64,000 nucleotides of DNA from Clostridia bacterium (GCA_017505945.1 JAFVOG010000075.1:461-64460); one strand, 5' to 3'. Counted from the stretch's first letter, positions 6,560 to 15,845 are shown. A program made the numbers and translations. Notes: generated by a model not told the origin, from the letters alone.

Positions 6560-8659
6560 TTATTCTTCATAAAAACCTAAACGGTTTTTCTTTTTCTCGT
6601 TAAAGGCAAATTCCTTATCCGCCGCCGCGCGCACGAAATCGTCTCTCGTAAGCGTCTTTGCACTGCCCTTATTCAGTTGACAGCGGAGCATAGCTTTTGC
6701 CCAAGCCCTCTCGTACAGGTTTCTCACAAACCGCGCGTTGCTAAACTCCTTGGACTTTAACACCGAATCGGGCAAGCGGTCAAAGTACGCCTTCGCTTCT
6801 TCCAAGTACCCCTTTTCGCACTGCCATTTTTTCGTGGACATATTCTCGAAAATTTGATACAGTTCGTCCCTCGTAAAGTTGGGGAATTCAATCAGGTACG
6901 GCATACGGCTGGCAAGCCCCGAGTTGCCCTGCATCAGCGTTTCCATCTCGTCTTTATAGCCCGCCATAATCACCACCAAATCGTGGCGGTGATTTTCCAT
7001 TTCCGCAATCAGCGTATCAATCGCTTCTCTGCCGTAATCCCTGTCGTTCCCTTCGCCACGGTACAGCGAATACGCTTCGTCGATAAACAGCACCGAACCG
7101 TACGCGTCACGACACATACTTGCCGTTTTTGGTGCGGTTTCGCCGATATACCGTCCGCAAAAATCTCGTCCTGCGTATTCGTAGAAATTCCCGATTCTCA
7201 ATAGCCCTTTCTCTTTCAGAATCTTGCCGATAATCCGCGCCACCGTCGTTTTCCCCGTACCTGGGTTACCCGAAAAGCGCATATGGATACAGGGCGCGTT
7301 CGCTCCTTCTTCACGGCTCATTTCAATTTGCGAAATAATCGACGCGATTTGCTCTTTCATCTTCTCGCCACCAACCATTTCCGCAAGCATTTGTTCGCCC
7401 GTGAGTTTTTTATTGAGTTCACCGCAAATGAGTTTTGCGTCCGTTGCGGAAATCGTCTTGGTAATCCGCTTTTTGCGTGCGTTGCGCAGTTGCTTTTTAT
7501 ATAACAGCTCGCGCACGACTTTCCGCACGGTATTCAAACCGTAAAATTTACCGTCGCTACGCTCCATCATCAAGCGTTCCTGCAAATACGGTTTCGCTTC
7601 CTTTGCAAGCTGGAAACCGTATTTATCCAACTCTTTCGCACCCCAAGCCACCAAGTCTTCAATGCCAAGCGGAGGAAACGCCACGGGGCGCACGTACATA
7701 ATATCGTTTAACGCACTACGGATACGTTCCAGCACTTCCCTATCGACAAACGGCACGCGGAACACGATAATATGCGCACCCACTTGCCCTTCGACAAACT
7801 CTAAAAAGTTTCTAAACGGACGACTTTCCAAATGTGCCATCCACTCGCTAATGTCCAAACAAATGACGTCTTGCCCACTGCTTGGCTTTACGCGGAGCGC
7901 ACCCCTTGCCGAATCGAACACGTCTTCCGCTTCGCCTTTGGGCGCAGGCAATACGATTTCTTTAATATCGCTCGTGCGTACCGCTTGGATATGTATCTCG
8001 TTCAAAAGCTCGGCAAACGCCTGCAAACAGGTCGTCAATCCAAACCCATTGTTAATCGAAAACAAATAGCTTTGATAGGAAAAAATCTCAAACGTCTTAT
8101 TCTCGACGATTTGCGGAGCAATCGCTACCAGCTCTTTGGCAAGCTCCTTAAATTCTTCCGCACCCATCAGCGCGTCGATTTTTTTTATGCGCTCTTGTAC
8201 TTTTTCTTCGTTTAAGCTCCACTTCTCTTCCTTTTTGCCAGAATCCAACTCCATCATCATCAACGGTTTATTGACGGCAGGTTGTTTGCTTTCCGCAGTA
8301 GGCGCAGGGGGCGGAGTGGGTTCTTCGTCCAAATCCTCGTCTTCGATAAACGCGTCGAACGGGTCGGGTTCGTCGTCCTCGTCTTCCCCATCTTCGCAAA
8401 GCGAAACTTCTAAACCGCTGTCCTTCCAGTCGGAAAAGAGCGCTTGCATCTTTTCTTGCACGCGCTTTTGCCACTCGTCTTTCGTCCAATCTACTCCCAC
8501 GTTGACTTGTAACGTCAACAGTTGTACGTCCCACTCGCTATACATGGACGGAGGCACGCCTTCCTTCAACGCCTCCGCAAGACGTTCAAGCGGAAAATCG
8601 TCGTCGTCGCGGTGACTTAATACCCAACTGCTGGAAATTTTTATCGTTAAAACTTTCAT
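6560..8659 (-). CDS. SpoVK/CbbX/EccA-type AAA+ ATPase with N-terminal acidic region, one degenerate and one intact AAA+ module
   Basis: 699 aa. Intact Walker A GNPGTGKTTVARIIG and Walker B VLFIDEAYSL. The DYGREAIDTLIAEMENHRHDLVVIMAGY block is typical of the SpoVK/CbbX clade. An upstream module has NNGFGLTTC in place of the P-loop. Acidic low-complexity stretch EDGEDEDDEPDPFDAFIEDEDLDEE. Confidence 0.85.
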   Translation of the reverse strand: MKVLTIKISSSWVLSHRDDDDFPLERLAEALKEGVPPSMYSEWDVQLLTLQVNVGVDWTKDEWQKRVQEKMQALFSDWKDSGLEVSLCEDGEDEDDEPDPFDAFIEDEDLDEEPTPPPAPTAESKQPAVNKPLMMMELDSGKKEEKWSLNEEKVQERIKKIDALMGAEEFKELAKELVAIAPQIVENKTFEIFSYQSYLFSINNGFGLTTCLQAFAELLNEIHIQAVRTSDIKEIVLPAPKGEAEDVFDSARGALRVKPSSGQDVICLDISEWMAHLESRPFRNFLEFVEGQVGAHIIVFRVPFVDREVLERIRSALNDIMYVRPVAFPPLGIEDLVAWGAKELDKYGFQLAKEAKPYLQERLMMERSDGKFYGLNTVRKVVRELLYKKQLRNARKKRITKTISATDAKLICGELNKKLTGEQMLAEMVGGEKMKEQIASIISQIEMSREEGANAPCIHMRFSGNPGTGKTTVARIIGKILKEKGLLRIGNFYEYAGRDFCGRYIGETAPKTASMCRDAYGSVLFIDEAYSLYRGEGNDRDYGREAIDTLIAEMENHRHDLVVIMAGYKDEMETLMQGNSGLASRMPYLIEFPNFTRDELYQIFENMSTKKWQCEKGYLEEAKAYFDRLPDSVLKSKEFSNARFVRNLYERAWAKAMLRCQLNKGSAKTLTRDDFVRAAADKEFAFNEKKKNRLGFYEE

Positions 8660-8764
8660 CTCTTGCTCCTAATATATCTTACATTATAATATGAACCGTG
8701 CATTTTGTCAATACGGTTAAATAAAATTTTACGCGCGGAAAAGAGAAATATTTATCGTAAACGA

Positions 8765-8793
8765 TTGCTTTTTTATAAAAAATAGGCTATAAT
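8765..8793 (+). promoter_or_regulatory. Sigma-A-type promoter of fba
   Basis: TTGCTT (8765-8770) - 17 nt - TATAAT (8788-8793). Confidence 0.55.
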
Positions 8794-8833
8794 GGAAAAG
8801 TAGAAAAAAATTAAATTTTGGAGGACATATATT

Positions 8834-9772
8834 ATGCCTTTGGTTACTACAACCGAAATGTTCAAAAGAGCGTATGCTGAAAAATACGCTATCGGCGCGT
8901 TCAACGTCAACAATATGGAAATGATTCAAGCTATCGTAGAAGCGGCAAACGAAGAAAAATCCCCCGTGATTTTGCAAGTTTCCGCAGGTGCAAGAAAATA
9001 CGCGAATCCCACGTATTTGAAGCACCTTGTACAAGCTGCGGTAGAAACCAACGATATTCCTATCGCTATGCACCTTGACCACGGTGCGGATTTCGAAATT
9101 TGCAAAGCTTCGATTGACGGTGGCTTTACGTCCGTTATGATTGACGCGTCTTCGCATCCTTGGGAAGAAAATATCGCTATCACGAAAAAGGTAGTAGAAT
9201 ACGCACACGACCACGGCGTCGTTGTAGAAGCGGAACTTGGTAAGCTTGCAGGCGTAGAAGACGACGTAAACGTTGCGGACGCGGACGCACAATTCACGTC
9301 CCCCGACGAAGTAGAAGAATTTACCCAAAGAACGGGTATCGACTCCCTTGCAATCGCTATCGGCACCAGCCACGGCGCGTATAAATTCAAGCCTGGTCAA
9401 GACCCCAAACTTCGTTTGGACATCTTGGAAGAAATCGGCAGACGTTTGCCCGGTTTCCCTATCGTATTGCACGGCGCGTCGTCCGTTCCCCAAGATAAGG
9501 TTGCTATCGTAAATCAATTCGGCGGTAGTATGCCCAACGCAATCGGTATCCCCGAAAGCGAACTTAGAAAGGCAGCGCAAATGGCGGTTTGCAAAATCAA
9601 TATCGACTCCGATTTGCGCGTAGCGTTCACGGCGGCGATTAGAAAGCACTTCTCCGAACAACCCGGTCACTTCGACCCCCGTCAATACCTTGGCGACGCA
9701 CGCGCGTTGATGAAAGAAATGGTTAAACACAAGATTGTCAACGTACTCGGCTCGGCAGGCAAAGCGTTTTAA
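8834..9772 (+). CDS. fba: Class II fructose-1,6-bisphosphate aldolase
   Basis: 312 aa. YAIGAFNVNNMEMIQAIVEAA...PVILQVSAGARKY...HLDHG...AIAIGTSHGAYKF are class II FBA signatures. GGAGG RBS. Confidence 0.95.
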   Translation: MPLVTTTEMFKRAYAEKYAIGAFNVNNMEMIQAIVEAANEEKSPVILQVSAGARKYANPTYLKHLVQAAVETNDIPIAMHLDHGADFEICKASIDGGFTSVMIDASSHPWEENIAITKKVVEYAHDHGVVVEAELGKLAGVEDDVNVADADAQFTSPDEVEEFTQRTGIDSLAIAIGTSHGAYKFKPGQDPKLRLDILEEIGRRLPGFPIVLHGASSVPQDKVAIVNQFGGSMPNAIGIPESELRKAAQMAVCKINIDSDLRVAFTAAIRKHFSEQPGHFDPRQYLGDARALMKEMVKHKIVNVLGSAGKAF

Positions 9773-9790
9773 TCGATTATAAAACTATAC

Positions 9791-9823
9791 AGCCCGAAAC
9801 GGATAACCGTTTCGGGCTTTTTT
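9791..9823 (+). terminator. Intrinsic terminator of fba
   Basis: agcccgaaacgg (9791-9802) / ccgtttcgggct (9807-9818) followed by T6. Confidence 0.85.
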
Positions 9824-9984
9824 CCCTTAATTTACCTTCTCCCGTCGGAGAAGGTGTCTCGAGTGCGAAGTAGCAACGAGCCGAGCGTCGGTTGAGGCGT
9901 CCCGTTTCTAAAACGCTTTGCCTTGATTACCTGCAACTACTCATCCACCGCAAGCGGTCCCCCTTCTCTTGCAAGAGAAGGTCT
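9824..9984 (+). repeat. 161-bp hairpin-rich repeat, copy A
   Basis: Starts cccttaatttaccttctcccgtcggagaaggt and ends ccttctcttgcaagagaaggtct. 8 mismatches in 161 nt versus copy B, same orientation. Ends 4 nt before the DUF559 stop codon. Confidence 0.9.
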
Positions 9985-9988
9985 TTTT

Positions 9989-10360
9989 CTATTCGTCTTT
10001 CAGGTCCATCACAGATAACCCCAACCGTTTCAAAATATCTTCCGCAACCGCATTAAATATCTCGTTTACGTCCTTGTTCGTATAACGCAATACACGTATT
10101 CCTAAACGCGACAGCGTTTCGTCGCGTTTCTTATCCGCCTGTGCGTGTTTTTCTTCCCCGTGTTGCAAACCGTCAATTTCAATCACCGTTTTATATTTTG
10201 CTATATAAAAATCTACGATATACTCCCCTATATTATGCTGTCTATGCACCGTAATAGGCAATCTTTTTAGAAATTGAAACCAAAGTTTCCTTTCTTCTTT
10301 CGTCATACTTTTTCGCAACGTTTGTGCATTTTTCACCAGCTTTTTATCGTATTCGTACAT
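9989..10360 (-). CDS. DUF559 (Vsr/restriction-endonuclease-like fold) domain protein
   Basis: 123 aa. LRKSMTKEERKLWFQFLK...RQHNIGEYIVDFYIAKYKTVIEIDGLQH...D..RD..L...G..VLRY matches the DUF559 pattern. Confidence 0.8.
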   Translation of the reverse strand: MYEYDKKLVKNAQTLRKSMTKEERKLWFQFLKRLPITVHRQHNIGEYIVDFYIAKYKTVIEIDGLQHGEEKHAQADKKRDETLSRLGIRVLRYTNKDVNEIFNAVAEDILKRLGLSVMDLKDE

Positions 10361-10366
10361 CTTATC

Positions 10367-10527
10367 CCCTTAATTTACCTTCTCCCGTTGGAGAAGGTGG
10401 CGCGAGCGCGAAGTGCCAACGAGCCGAGCGTCGGTTGAGGCGTCCCGTTTATAAAACGCTTTGCCTTGATTACCTGCAACTACTCATCCACCGCAAGCGG
10501 TCCCCCTTCTCTTACAAGAGAAGGTCT
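10367..10527 (+). repeat. 161-bp hairpin-rich repeat, copy B
   Basis: Direct repeat of 9824-9984 (about 95% identity). Starts 6 nt after the DUF559 start codon position. Its cccctt end supplies the AAGGGG RBS of the DUF559 gene on the - strand. Confidence 0.9.
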
Positions 10528-10663
10528 TATTTTGCATTAGTATATCACACCGTACCCTTATAAGTCAAGCCCCTCTTTCGGGGGCGGTTTTTGCTACGCA
10601 AAGAATAAAGCGGTTTTCTTTTTTACATTTGTAAATATTTTTTCGTTTCTTTGCGCAAAATTA

Positions 10664-10692
10664 TTGACGAACGGGGAAAATTATGGTAGAAT
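10664..10692 (+). promoter_or_regulatory. Sigma-A-type promoter of gap (extended -10)
   Basis: TTGACG (10664-10669) - 17 nt - TAGAAT (10687-10692), preceded by TGg. Confidence 0.55.
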
Positions 10693-10772
10693 ATTCTTGG
10701 ATAAAATCGGGCTTGTCCCATTATCTATTCAGTAATCAATAAAATTTTCAATATTTTTGGAGGAATTTAACT

Positions 10773-11792
10773 ATGGCAAACGTAAAAGTTGCAATCAACG
10801 GTTTTGGCCGTATCGGCCGTCTCGCTTTCAGACAAATGTTCGGTGCTGAAGGTTACGACGTAGTAGCTATCAACGACCTTACCAGCCCCACGATGCTCGC
10901 TCACCTTTTGAAGTACGACTCCGCGCAAGGCAGATATGCTCTCGCTGACACCGTATCCGCTAACGAAGAAGCAAGCACCATCACCGTTAATGGCAAAACC
11001 ATTAAAATCTACGCAGAAAAAGACGCGGCTAACTGCCCTTGGGCTGAACTTGACGTAGACGTTGTTTTGGAATGTACTGGTTTCTACACGTCCAAGGCAA
11101 AATCCGAAGCGCACATCAAAGCTGGCGCTAAGAAAGTTGTTATCTCTGCTCCCGCAGGTAACGACCTTCCTACCATCGTTTACAGCGTAAACGAAAACAC
11201 CCTTACGAAGAACGACACCATCATCTCCGCAGCGTCCTGTACGACCAACTGTCTTGCTCCTATGGCAAACACGCTTAACAAGCTTGCGAAGATTAAGAAA
11301 GGTTATATGACCACCATCCACGCTTACACGGGCGACCAAATGGTTCTCGACGGCCCCCACAGAAAGGGCGACCTTCGTCGTGCTCGTGCAGCTGCTGCTA
11401 ATATCGTTCCCAACTCCACGGGCGCAGCAAAAGCTATCGGCTTGGTTATCCCCGAACTCAACGGCGTACTTGACGGTTGCGCACAACGCGTTCCCGTTCC
11501 CACCGGTTCGCTTACCCAACTCGTTGCTATCTGCGAAGGCGAAGTTGACGCAGCTACCGTAAACGCAGCAATGAAGAACGCGGCTTCCGCATCCTTCGGC
11601 TACACCGAAGAAGAAATCGTATCTTCCGACATCATCGGTATCACCTACGGTTCCTTGTTCGACGCTACGCAAACGAAGTGTATGCCTATGGGCGACGGCT
11701 CTACCCTTGTTAAGGTAGTTTCCTGGTACGATAACGAAAACTCCTACACCAGCCAAATGGTTAGAACGATTAAGTTCTTCGCAGAACTCTAA
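10773..11792 (+). CDS. gap: Type I glyceraldehyde-3-phosphate dehydrogenase
   Basis: 339 aa. [15 protein letters not shown]...SCTTNCLAP...WYDNE are canonical GAPDH motifs. GGAGG RBS. Confidence 0.95.
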   Translation: MANVKVAINGFGRIGRLAFRQMFGAEGYDVVAINDLTSPTMLAHLLKYDSAQGRYALADTVSANEEASTITVNGKTIKIYAEKDAANCPWAELDVDVVLECTGFYTSKAKSEAHIKAGAKKVVISAPAGNDLPTIVYSVNENTLTKNDTIISAASCTTNCLAPMANTLNKLAKIKKGYMTTIHAYTGDQMVLDGPHRKGDLRRARAAAANIVPNSTGAAKAIGLVIPELNGVLDGCAQRVPVPTGSLTQLVAICEGEVDAATVNAAMKNAASASFGYTEEEIVSSDIIGITYGSLFDATQTKCMPMGDGSTLVKVVSWYDNENSYTSQMVRTIKFFAEL

Positions 11793-11820
11793 TCTCCGTT
11801 TTCTAAAAGGAAAAAATCAA

Positions 11821-11848
11821 CCCCCTTTCCGCTTGGAAAGGGGGTTTT
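11821..11848. terminator. Terminator between convergent gap and engB
   Basis: ccccctttcc (11821-11830) / ggaaaggggg (11835-11844) followed by TTTTATTT. A second hairpin cgggcgttgcc/ggcaacgcccg lies at 11861-11886. Confidence 0.8.
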
Positions 11849-11892
11849 ATTTATGCACTACGGGCGTTGCCGTTTGGCAACGCCCGTATTAT

Positions 11893-12555
11893 TTATTCTT
11901 GTTCTTCTTCCAACTCGTCTTCTTCTACGTATTCTTCTTCGTTTGCAACGTCAATCACGTGGCGCAATTTTTTCAGCACTTCTTCCTTGCCGTAACCCGA
12001 TTCCGCACTGGTGGCAATTACGTTTTCCACGCCCAAGTACAGCTCGCCTGCAATTTTGCGGATTTGTTCTTTAAGTTTCATCTTGGACAGCTTGTCCGCT
12101 TTCGTCAGCACCACCGTAAACGGTATCGTATAATAGTGCAAAAACTGCATCATTTGTTTGTCGTCTTCCGTGGGGGAGTGCCGACAATCCACCAACACCA
12201 GCGCGTGCGTCAAATTGCCTTTATCCTTGAAATACGCGTCCAAAAGCTTGCCCCACTTGTCCTTTTCCGTCTTAGAAACGCGCGCAAAGCCATACCCAGG
12301 TAAGTCGGCAAGCACAAATTCGCCAAAATCAAAATAATTGACAAGCCGAGTACGGCCAGGGTCACGGCTGGTTTTGGCAAGCTGTTTTCTGTTTGCCATC
12401 ATATTGATAAACGAGCTTTTGCCGACGTTGGATTTTCCGCAAATCGCCACCGTCGGTTTTTGCGGTTTGAGAAACTGGTCAACGCGCCCTGCCGACGTGA
12501 TAAACGTCGCGTTTTTAATCATCAGCGTATCTTGTTTTGCTTGTTCCATAGCCAC
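11893..12555 (-). CDS. engB: Ribosome-biogenesis GTPase EngB/YsxC
   Basis: 220 aa. G1 GKSNVGKSS, RTRLVNYF, DLPGYGF, TKADKL. Directly downstream of lon, as in Bacillus. Acidic C-terminal tail. Confidence 0.9.
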   Translation of the reverse strand: MAMEQAKQDTLMIKNATFITSAGRVDQFLKPQKPTVAICGKSNVGKSSFINMMANRKQLAKTSRDPGRTRLVNYFDFGEFVLADLPGYGFARVSKTEKDKWGKLLDAYFKDKGNLTHALVLVDCRHSPTEDDKQMMQFLHYYTIPFTVVLTKADKLSKMKLKEQIRKIAGELYLGVENVIATSAESGYGKEEVLKKLRHVIDVANEEEYVEEDELEEEQE

Positions 12556-12573
12556 ACCCCCCTTTCGTGTATT

Positions 12574-14901
12574 TTATGCAAATGCGTGTGCAAATACTTC
12601 TTCTACGTCTTTTACAAAACGGAACTCGACGTCGCACTTGGTCGTAGCCAAAATTTCGTCCACGTCCTTTGCGTTTTCGTAAGGTACGATAACCGTCTTA
12701 ATACCCGTACGGCTTGCGGAAAGTGCCTTTTCACGCAGTCCGCCAATCGGGAGCACGTTCCCCCTAAGCGTAACTTCGCCCGTCATTGCGACGTCACCGC
12801 GCACCGCCTTGCCCGTAAACGCGGACAAAATGGCCGTTGCCATTGTAATCCCTGCGCTCGGTCCGTCCTTGGGCGTTGCCCCTTCTGGCACGTGGATATG
12901 CAAGTCCGTTTTTTCAAAATCCACGCCGTCCAAACCGTATTTTTGTGCGTTAGCACGGATATACGAAAGTGCCGTTTGCGCCGATTCGCGCATTACGTCG
13001 CCAAGGTGTCCCGTCAACTTAATTTCGCCCTTGCCTTTCACAGTTACCGCTTCCACGACGAGCGTAGAACCGCCCACTGCCGTCCAAGCCAAGCCCGTCA
13101 CCGCGCCCACCTTGGGTTGCAAATTGCTTTCGTCCACCTTAAAACGGGGCTTGCCCAGTAGCGTTTCCACTTGCTTGGGCGTAATTACCCCCACCGTCTT
13201 TTCGTCGTTAGCGTACTTTACGGCAAGCTTTCTGCATACCGAACCTATGGTGCGTTCTAACGTACGCACGCCTGCTTCTCGCGTGTACCCTTCGATAATA
13301 AACCGCAACGCGTCCGTGCGCAGTTTAGGCTGTCTATCTTCAATCCCGTTCGCCTTGCTTTGCTTGGGAACGAGATAGCGTTTGGCAATTTCCGTCTTTT
13401 CTTCTACGGTATAGCCCGTAAGCTCGATAATTTCCATTCTGTCGCGCAATGCCGTAGGCACGGTATCCAAAGTGTTTGCCGTTGCCAAAAACAGCACTTT
13501 GCTCAAATCGTATTCGTATTCCAAATACCTATCGCGGAAAGTGGAATTTTGCTCGGGGTCTAACGCTTCCAAAAGCGCGGACGCAGGGTCGCCGTGCATA
13601 TCCGACGTAATTTTATCAATTTCGTCCAACAAGAACACGGGGTTAATCGAGCCTGCCTGTTTCATACCGTACAAAATCCGCCCAGGCATTGCACCGATAT
13701 ACGTACGACGGTGACCGCGAATTTCCGCTTCGTCCTTCACACCGCCCAGCGACATACGCACGAATTTCCTATTTAATGCGCGCGCAATGCTTTGCGCAAT
13801 ACTCGTTTTCCCCACACCAGGTGGACCTACAAGGCACAAAATAGGCGCTTTCATATTGCCCGTAAGCTTTAACACCGCCAAATATTCGGTAATCCGTTCT
13901 TTAATTTTATTCAGCCCGTAATGGTCGGCGTCCAACGTCTTTTGACAAGCGGAAAGCTTGTTCGTGTCCTGCGTTTCTTCCGTCCAAGGCAAGGACAGGA
14001 CTTGTTCCAAATACCCCGAAATTACCGTATATTCGGGAGAAGACGGTTGCATTTTTTGCATACGGTCTACTTCTTTCAAGCATTTCTCTTCCAAGCCTTT
14101 GGGCAGGTTTTTCGCCTTGATTTTTTCGCGGAATTCGTCTTCTTCCTTTCCGTCGTCGCCAAGCTCTTTATGAATTGCCTTGACCTGTTCGCGCAAGAAA
14201 TACTCCTTTTGCGATTTGTCAATGCTTTGGCGTACGGCGTTTGCGATTTTCTTTTCCACTTTGGCAATTTCCAGCTCGTCGTTTAAGCATTTATCCAAAA
14301 GGCGTAAGCGTTTAATTACGTCCGTTTCTTCAAGTGCGGATTGCTTGACTTCCAAGCGAATACGCATCACCGAAAACGCCATATTCATAAACGATTCGGC
14401 GTCTTCTTTCGCGTCTAAAAGGAGTAGCGTTTCTTTGCTCAATTTACCGTCGGCGGAAAGCACGTCCTGCGCAAGCGCCTTTGCCGTACGCAAATACGCT
14501 TCTTCCAAAACGTCGTCGCCAGCTCGCTTAATCGAAAGCTCGTCCACGACCGCCATAAAACAACCGCCGTCTTCACTAATTTCACGCACTTTCGCGCGGT
14601 ACAAGCCTTGACAAATCACGCGCGTTGCGCCGTTATTCATTCTCGACGCCTGCTTAATCTTCGCTACGCACCCCACCGAAAACAAGTCGCTACCTTGTAC
14701 GTCTTCCTGTTCCGTGTCCTTTTGCGTAACGATAAACACAAGCGAATTCGTCGTTTGCATAGCGCGTTTGGTTGCATTTACCGTGCGTTCTCGCCCGATT
14801 TCAAAAGTAATCGCCACTTGCGGAAACGCCACTTTCCCACGCAAGGGGATTACGGGCAATACGTTTGCCCTATATTCGTTTTCTATCGTATAATTTTCCA
14901 T
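12574..14901 (-). CDS. lon: ATP-dependent Lon protease (LonA)
   Basis: 775 aa. GPPGVGKTSIAQSIARAL, LLDEIDK, and the protease motif PKDGPSAGITMATA. Confidence 0.95.
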   Translation of the reverse strand: MENYTIENEYRANVLPVIPLRGKVAFPQVAITFEIGRERTVNATKRAMQTTNSLVFIVTQKDTEQEDVQGSDLFSVGCVAKIKQASRMNNGATRVICQGLYRAKVREISEDGGCFMAVVDELSIKRAGDDVLEEAYLRTAKALAQDVLSADGKLSKETLLLLDAKEDAESFMNMAFSVMRIRLEVKQSALEETDVIKRLRLLDKCLNDELEIAKVEKKIANAVRQSIDKSQKEYFLREQVKAIHKELGDDGKEEDEFREKIKAKNLPKGLEEKCLKEVDRMQKMQPSSPEYTVISGYLEQVLSLPWTEETQDTNKLSACQKTLDADHYGLNKIKERITEYLAVLKLTGNMKAPILCLVGPPGVGKTSIAQSIARALNRKFVRMSLGGVKDEAEIRGHRRTYIGAMPGRILYGMKQAGSINPVFLLDEIDKITSDMHGDPASALLEALDPEQNSTFRDRYLEYEYDLSKVLFLATANTLDTVPTALRDRMEIIELTGYTVEEKTEIAKRYLVPKQSKANGIEDRQPKLRTDALRFIIEGYTREAGVRTLERTIGSVCRKLAVKYANDEKTVGVITPKQVETLLGKPRFKVDESNLQPKVGAVTGLAWTAVGGSTLVVEAVTVKGKGEIKLTGHLGDVMRESAQTALSYIRANAQKYGLDGVDFEKTDLHIHVPEGATPKDGPSAGITMATAILSAFTGKAVRGDVAMTGEVTLRGNVLPIGGLREKALSASRTGIKTVIVPYENAKDVDEILATTKCDVEFRFVKDVEEVFAHAFA

Positions 14902-14942
14902 AATGCTTATTTATAAACGGTTTTTCCTGCTTTCAAACACCC

Positions 14943-15782
14943 TTAGTCCCGTCGAAAGCTGTCAATCATTTCCAAGTACTCTTCAAAGCGGTATAAATCT
15001 TCGGGAGAATAATAATCTATGTAAATTCTACCCTTTTTATCGTTCCCCACCAGCGAAACCTTGGTGCGGAACGTCGTCCGCATGCGTTCGACAAGCGCTT
15101 TTAATTGCTCGCTTTTGGCGTTGGCTTTGGCTTGGTTTTCCTGCTGTAACACTTCGGGGGGAGTTAAAAACGCCTTGACCGCGCGTTCCATTTCCCGCAC
15201 CGAATAGTCGCGCTTAATCGCTTCTTCCGCAAAGGCGTACTGTTGCGTTTTGGGAACGCGCACTAACGTACGCGCGTGCCCTGCCGACAATTTTCCGCTT
15301 TCGATTAAACCCAGCACTTCGGGTTCTAATTTCAACAGTCGCAACGTGTTGGCAATAGCAGGACGGGAACGCCCCGTCAGCGCAGAAATATCGTCTTGCG
15401 TTAACCCGCGCTCGTCTATCAGCCCTTTCATCAAATACGCTTCGTCCAAAATAGGCAAGTTTTCCGTTTTGAGTTTTTCCACCGCCAAAAACACTTCCGC
15501 GTTTTGTTCGCTTAAACGGTAAATGCGCGCTTGCACTTCCCTTGCGCCCGTCGCCAAACACGCGTGGAAATCTCTATCCCCTGCAAGCAGTTGAAAACGC
15601 CCGTCCGCTTGCTCGTTTACCGCAAGTATCGGAAGTCCGTTCAGCACGAAATACGTCGCGCGCGTTTTGAGTTCTTTCTTGTCAAAATCGTTTATCGTGG
15701 AGCGTACGTCTATTAACGACAGGGGTATGGTTTTTACCACGTACCCCGTGTCTATCGTTTTGCGTTGTTTGGTCTTTTTCAC
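14943..15782 (-). CDS. ParB/Spo0J/Noc-family DNA-binding protein with a degenerate arginine patch
   Basis: 279 aa. The HTH region LTQDDISALTGRSRPAIANTLRLLKL...LSAGHARTL is classic ParB. The position of GERRxRA reads LLAGDRDFHA. No parA gene is adjacent. Confidence 0.8.
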   Translation of the reverse strand: MKKTKQRKTIDTGYVVKTIPLSLIDVRSTINDFDKKELKTRATYFVLNGLPILAVNEQADGRFQLLAGDRDFHACLATGAREVQARIYRLSEQNAEVFLAVEKLKTENLPILDEAYLMKGLIDERGLTQDDISALTGRSRPAIANTLRLLKLEPEVLGLIESGKLSAGHARTLVRVPKTQQYAFAEEAIKRDYSVREMERAVKAFLTPPEVLQQENQAKANAKSEQLKALVERMRTTFRTKVSLVGNDKKGRIYIDYYSPEDLYRFEEYLEMIDSFRRD

Positions 15783-15811
15783 CTTGCACCTGCCTATCGT
15801 GATTAGATTAT

Positions 15812-15845
15812 TACGGAGCTGTCCGTTGTTTGACAGCTCCGTCTT
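15812..15845. terminator. Hairpin downstream of ftsH (possible terminator)
   Basis: acggagctgtc (15813-15823) / gacagctccgt (15832-15842). The T-run is on the + side only, so function for the - strand ftsH is uncertain. Confidence 0.45.

Noticed and set aside
8729-9730. Long ORFs antisense to obvious genes. Examples: 8729..9730 opposite fba, 10767..11756 opposite gap, 15846..16880 opposite ftsH, 21651..22571 opposite lysS, 34929..35726 opposite rqcH, 41356..42471 opposite the Wzz gene, 52154..52852 opposite cvpA.
   Set aside because: They are shadow ORFs on the complement of strongly recognisable conserved genes. Their composition is Arg/Phe/Val-rich and low-complexity, and they have no RBS or motif support.
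10568-10592. Orphan + strand terminator-like hairpin (gcccc-tctttc-ggggc plus ggttttt) with no + strand gene upstream.
   Set aside because: The stem is short (5 bp). It may simply insulate gap from transcription through the repeat. It is mentioned under the DUF559 finding rather than called as a feature.
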